From: Escherichia coli
Lineage (GTDB): Bacteria; Pseudomonadota; Gammaproteobacteria; Enterobacterales; Enterobacteriaceae
Direction: 5' to 3' (one strand)
Assembly: GCF_003334335.1 (NCBI RefSeq)
Contig: NZ_QOWQ01000061.1
DNA: 13,768 nt
A model generated the notes under the pieces. It was not told where the DNA came from. It did no database searches and saw nothing but the letters and a program-made list of their open reading frames with translations. Of this stretch, positions 7,311 through 13,768 are shown piece by piece. The number at the start of each line of letters is the position of its first letter. The first letter of the stretch is position 1. The position numbers were made by a program, and so were the translations under genes.

Positions 7311-8177
7311 CTCAGGGATGAAGCCCTGGCGGAAGAATACGCGAAACTGGTTGAGAATTACAGTACAGAAAAGGAAATATGGGAGCAAAAACAAAAAGCG
7401 CTGGAATCAAAATTTCATAAAGAGATTCGTGCCGGTAAAGATTACAAGGCAACAGAATCAGAGCTTGAAACGCATCTGAATAAACCTCCTGTTCCGCCGC
7501 AGATACGTCGAACAATTTTTAATGAGACAACGATAGAGGGAATGTTAAAATATTACTCCGATAGCAATCGCTCTTTTGCTCTTGTATCCAGTGAAGGGGG
7601 GGTAATTTTTGACAGCCGGGCCATGAGTAAACTGGGAATTATTAACACTTTGTGGGATGGAGGTTCTCTTTTCATCGACAGGAAATCATCTCCCGGAATT
7701 AATTTGAAGGAGCCAAGACTGACGATATCGGTGATGATTCAGCCTGATGTTTACCACAAAGGTTTTTGTACGCGAAAAAAAGAAATTGTGAAAACGTCAG
7801 GACATCATGCAAGGTTTTTGATGTGTCAACCAACATCAACGCAGGGGACAAGGATAATAACCGGAGATAATTATTCATCACAGTATCAGGATTTGTTTGA
7901 AGAGAGGATCAATGAGCTTATTGATGAAAGTCTGGCGATGAGTGGTGAACGACGTTGCCTTCACTTTTCTCCTCAGGCTGCCAGAATCTGGACGGATTAT
8001 TACAATGATGTGGAATCGAAGCTGGGGGGATTGGGGCCTTTAAGACATTGCCGGGAATATGCTGCTAAAAATGCAGAGTATATGGCAAGACTGGCAGGAC
8101 TTATTTACCATTCGAGCGGGGGAGATTTCCCCTTACACTGCAGAAATGGCGAGAGAATTAGCAATATGGTACGGTAA
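7020..8177 (+). CDS. yfjI-like (DUF3987-type, putative replication-associated) protein, N-terminal 385 aa; frame interrupted near the 3' end
   Basis: Long ORF in the position occupied by yfjI after alpA in CP4-57-type islands. SD-like AAGAGAGG precedes the internal ATG at 7038, the more likely start. The reading frame continues in another frame (8059-8463) after a G5 tract. DUF3987 assignment is from genomic context and memory, not a search. Confidence 0.7.
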   Translation: MKREAFMCLLAPENPYPIYALPPLVRNAIIETQKNTQAPLAMVATSALTAISIACQNQIDVCRPGNLHGPVNLYSLILADSGERKTTVDKVFMKAFYLRDEALAEEYAKLVENYSTEKEIWEQKQKALESKFHKEIRAGKDYKATESELETHLNKPPVPPQIRRTIFNETTIEGMLKYYSDSNRSFALVSSEGGVIFDSRAMSKLGIINTLWDGGSLFIDRKSSPGINLKEPRLTISVMIQPDVYHKGFCTRKKEIVKTSGHHARFLMCQPTSTQGTRIITGDNYSSQYQDLFEERINELIDESLAMSGERRCLHFSPQAARIWTDYYNDVESKLGGLGPLRHCREYAAKNAEYMARLAGLIYHSSGGDFPLHCRNGERISNMVR

Positions 8178-8463
8178 TGAGTATGTGCGGTTGTCTAATC
8201 CGTTAACTTTTGACAACTCTGCCCTGACCGTACCTGTGCGACTCATTCCAGAGGAGCTTGAACTTTTCAACTGGATAAAAAGCTATTGTATTGAGAAGGG
8301 GATCCTCTGTATGAAAAAAAATGACATTTTACAGCGTGGTCCGAACCGTTTCCGGAAAAAGGATAAAATCAACTGGTTACTGGATTTACTGTATGAACAA
8401 AACAGAGTTGTACCGGTTATTGAGGGAAAAACGTTGTGTGTCGCACCTAACTTTGACCTCTGA
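8059..8463 (+). CDS. C-terminal segment of the yfjI-like protein in a shifted frame
   Basis: Overlaps the previous ORF by 119 nt in a different frame; no independent RBS. Combined length (about 480 aa) is what I expect for a yfjI-family protein. Confidence 0.55.
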   Translation: MLLKMQSIWQDWQDLFTIRAGEISPYTAEMARELAIWYGNEYVRLSNPLTFDNSALTVPVRLIPEELELFNWIKSYCIEKGILCMKKNDILQRGPNRFRKKDKINWLLDLLYEQNRVVPVIEGKTLCVAPNFDL

Positions 8464-8486
8464 ACGACTTAATCGTTGAGTTCATA

Positions 8487-8517
8487 TAGTCTCCTCTGCT
8501 ACTTGCGGAGGAGACTA
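8487..8517 (+). terminator. Perfect 10-bp stem-loop immediately downstream of the yfjI-like gene; possible terminator or protein-binding hairpin
   Basis: TAGTCTCCTC (8487-8496) pairs with GAGGAGACTA (8508-8517), 11-nt loop. Downstream sequence is only moderately T-rich, so it is not a canonical intrinsic terminator. Confidence 0.35.
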
Positions 8518-8518
8518 A

Positions 8519-9283
8519 TGTCTTTACCATGTCAGCGTTGTATTAGAAAACTCTGGTACAGGTCAGTCAGTAAATATAACTGGTGTAACCACTATTTACT
8601 ATTGGATAGAGTGTTGCTCAGGATATTGTCGGCTTTAGTCTGAGGTGAGGTGGGGCCTTCATTGTTTTCGTGTTCAATAAATAATTTAGGTTAATTAGTA
8701 TTATTAGTGGAAGTTATGTGATCTGTTATGTTGTCTTGTACGCACTTAACACTGGTTACGTACCGGAACACTATTAGAGTATGTTATGGCTCTGTTACAG
8801 TTTATAGGTATGAAAAAATATAATCTTTCCTGTATGAAATAATATTCTTATGGTGTGTGGGGTATGGTCTGTATACCATCATTTTTATGGTGAAGTTAAA
8901 TATCTGTAGAGGCCTTAAGCTGGGTCGCTGTTTTTACTTAATGGTACAGAAGTATTAATAGCGGTGTTGCCTGTGGCTACCCGATACTGGCTTTTGTGAA
9001 TGTCAGATTACTTCCTGTAAGTGATTGAATGGTACTTCCTTAAACTCAATTCTATGAGGTGTGTTTTTACCATTGTAATTCGTACTGGTCCTCAGTTTAA
9101 GTGAGTCTTACTGTACTCTGAAATATTACCTCTTTGGAGTAATGAGGTAATACGAAACAGTTTTATCAGGTTGTCTGTGCTGCTGGTTACCTCGTTTATT
9201 AATGCCGCGGTACGGCGTTTCTGTACTCTCAGTATTTATGTAATTCCACCTTCCTGTAACTTTTATAAAGTAAGGACTATAAA
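8519..9283. other. ORF-free AT-rich region with short repeated motifs and hairpins; candidate replication origin / regulatory region
   Basis: No ORF of 60 aa or more in any frame across about 820 bp. Repeated TTCCTGTA (8826, 9012, 9250), CTGTACTCT (9111, 9221), TGTTATG (8715, 8725, 8782). Inverted repeat TATTACCTC/GAGGTAATA (9124-9151). Sits directly upstream of the HUH Rep-like gene. Confidence 0.3.
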
Positions 9284-9847
9284 ATGTATAATGCTAATCC
9301 CAATTACGAAATGGACTTCATGATTCTGAAAGACGTGAATGAACACATGGAAGGTCTGTTTCAACGTTTTTCTAAACTGTTACCTTTCAGAATTGATTTT
9401 GCCTACAGGAAAGACACGCCCAGTTTTGGTCATTCCTGTAGGCACAGTATGTGTATTGAAATGCACCGCTTACTTAGTGAAACCCAAACGATGCTGGCGG
9501 GATATTACTGGGTAATGGAATATACGTCAAACAAGGGACTTCATATTCATTTTATCGGCTACTTGGATGGGCAACGTCACAAGAAATTTTATCGGATATC
9601 CAGGCAACTGGGAGATATCTGGAGTCGGATCACGGAAGGGGAGGGTTATTTTCACCTGTGCAGTACTAAAGACAAATACCCGGTGCGTATCGATCACGTG
9701 ATTCACTATAGTGATAAGTCTGCGGTAGACGGTTTACGTTACGCCCTTAGCTACCTGGCTAAACAGGAGCAGAAAGAACACGGTATTATTCTGATGCGTA
9801 GCAGACTTCCCGAAAAAAGTAACCGCGGCCGACCACGACACAACTGA
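9284..9847 (+). CDS. YagK/YfjJ (inovirus Gp2)-family protein with HUH-type motifs; putative rolling-circle Rep-like initiator
   Basis: 187-aa ORF with an HUH-like motif LHIHFIGY and a downstream tyrosine motif YALSYLAK (YxxK-like). Occupies the position of yfjJ in CP4-57-like islands. Shorter than I would expect for this family. Confidence 0.65.
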   Translation: MYNANPNYEMDFMILKDVNEHMEGLFQRFSKLLPFRIDFAYRKDTPSFGHSCRHSMCIEMHRLLSETQTMLAGYYWVMEYTSNKGLHIHFIGYLDGQRHKKFYRISRQLGDIWSRITEGEGYFHLCSTKDKYPVRIDHVIHYSDKSAVDGLRYALSYLAKQEQKEHGIILMRSRLPEKSNRGRPRHN

Positions 9848-10355
9848 ATTACAGCTGTATTAGAATTAAGTTTCCGTAAGTTGTTGGGAGGTGCTTGAGT
9901 TAATAGGCAGTAGAGGGGGCGCTGTAATCAGTGTAGGGGACCCGAATTTCTGCTGTGGTGCTTCAGTGGTTCGGATACAGGTAACGAATATGGTTCATAA
10001 ATCTGACAGTGATGAATTAGCAGCACTGAGGGAAGACATCACTTGAAGCTTATGGGATTGAATGGCGACGTAAACCGCAGAGTCCTGTGCAGTGCGTTTC
10101 CGTATTATCCACGGATGAGAAAGTTGCGTTATTTCGTCGGTTTTTTCGTGGGCGTGGTGATGTATGGGGCCTTCGATGGGAAAGCAAAACCAGCGGCAAA
10201 TCAGGGTACTTGCGGGCCTGTGCTAACGAATGGCAGCCGGGAATAGCGGTAAACTCCGGATAAAATGTGGGGACTGCGCTCACCGTCAGTTGATCCCTGT
10301 ATCTGATCTCATCATCTACCACTACACGGTTTAACGGGGCCGCGTCATCTCGGCG

Positions 10356-10385
10356 TTGCCCGATAAATTCTTTTCTACGTATAAT
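10356..10385 (+). promoter_or_regulatory. Candidate sigma70-like promoter for the 1083-aa gene
   Basis: -35-like TTGCCC (10356-10361), 18-bp spacer, perfect -10 TATAAT (10380-10385), about 110 bp upstream of the start codon. Sequence match only. Confidence 0.3.
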
Positions 10386-10497
10386 AACCAGAATGAACGT
10401 GTAAAACACCATAGTATTCAGAACTATAAACATCGAAACTTGCCATATTGACCAGAATAAATGACCTTATTTTTACTGAAATTTAAGGAGAACACCG

Positions 10498-13768
<3,271 letters not shown>

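Noticed and set aside
7312-7881. Minus-strand ORFs 7312-7515 and 7699-7881
   Set aside because: Antisense within the yfjI-like gene.
10043-10433. ORFs 10043-10246 (+, 67 aa) and 10050-10433 (-, 127 aa)
   Set aside because: Mutually overlapping, no credible SD, non-protein-like composition (Arg/Pro-rich runs); kept only as part of the unexplained 9848-10497 region.

Overview
This window looks like the integrase-proximal part of a P4/CP4-57-type integrative island of an enterobacterium, carrying two large cargo genes with no function I can name. Gene order: a FabD-like acyltransferase 3' fragment translationally coupled to a polytopic membrane protein (72-1414); a hairpin-rich spacer with no recognisable tRNA; a P4-family tyrosine integrase (1781-2983); a very AT-rich 605-aa orphan gene on the minus strand (3170-4987); a decayed IS1-family element (5128-5890); an AlpA-like regulator (6087-6395); a partial tandem duplication of the 5' end of the next gene; a yfjI-like (DUF3987-type) gene split by a frameshift (7020-8463); an 820-bp ORF-free AT-rich region with repeated motifs (8464-9283); a short HUH-motif YagK/YfjJ (inovirus Gp2)-like Rep protein (9284-9847); and a 1083-aa gene (10498-13749) whose product I read as an N-terminal NERD (PD-(D/E)xK-like) nuclease domain followed by two Hanks-type kinase-like domains and an unassigned C-terminal region. 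The backbone order int-alpA-yfjI-yfjJ matches E. coli CP4-57 as I recall it, where the following slot holds the AbpAB defence genes; here that slot holds the NERD-kinase gene, my main candidate for an undescribed anti-phage system. The 605-aa gene in the int-alpA slot is the second candidate. All homology calls come from reading motifs by eye; no database search, HMM or GC computation was run. No CRISPR array, rRNA or tRNA was found.
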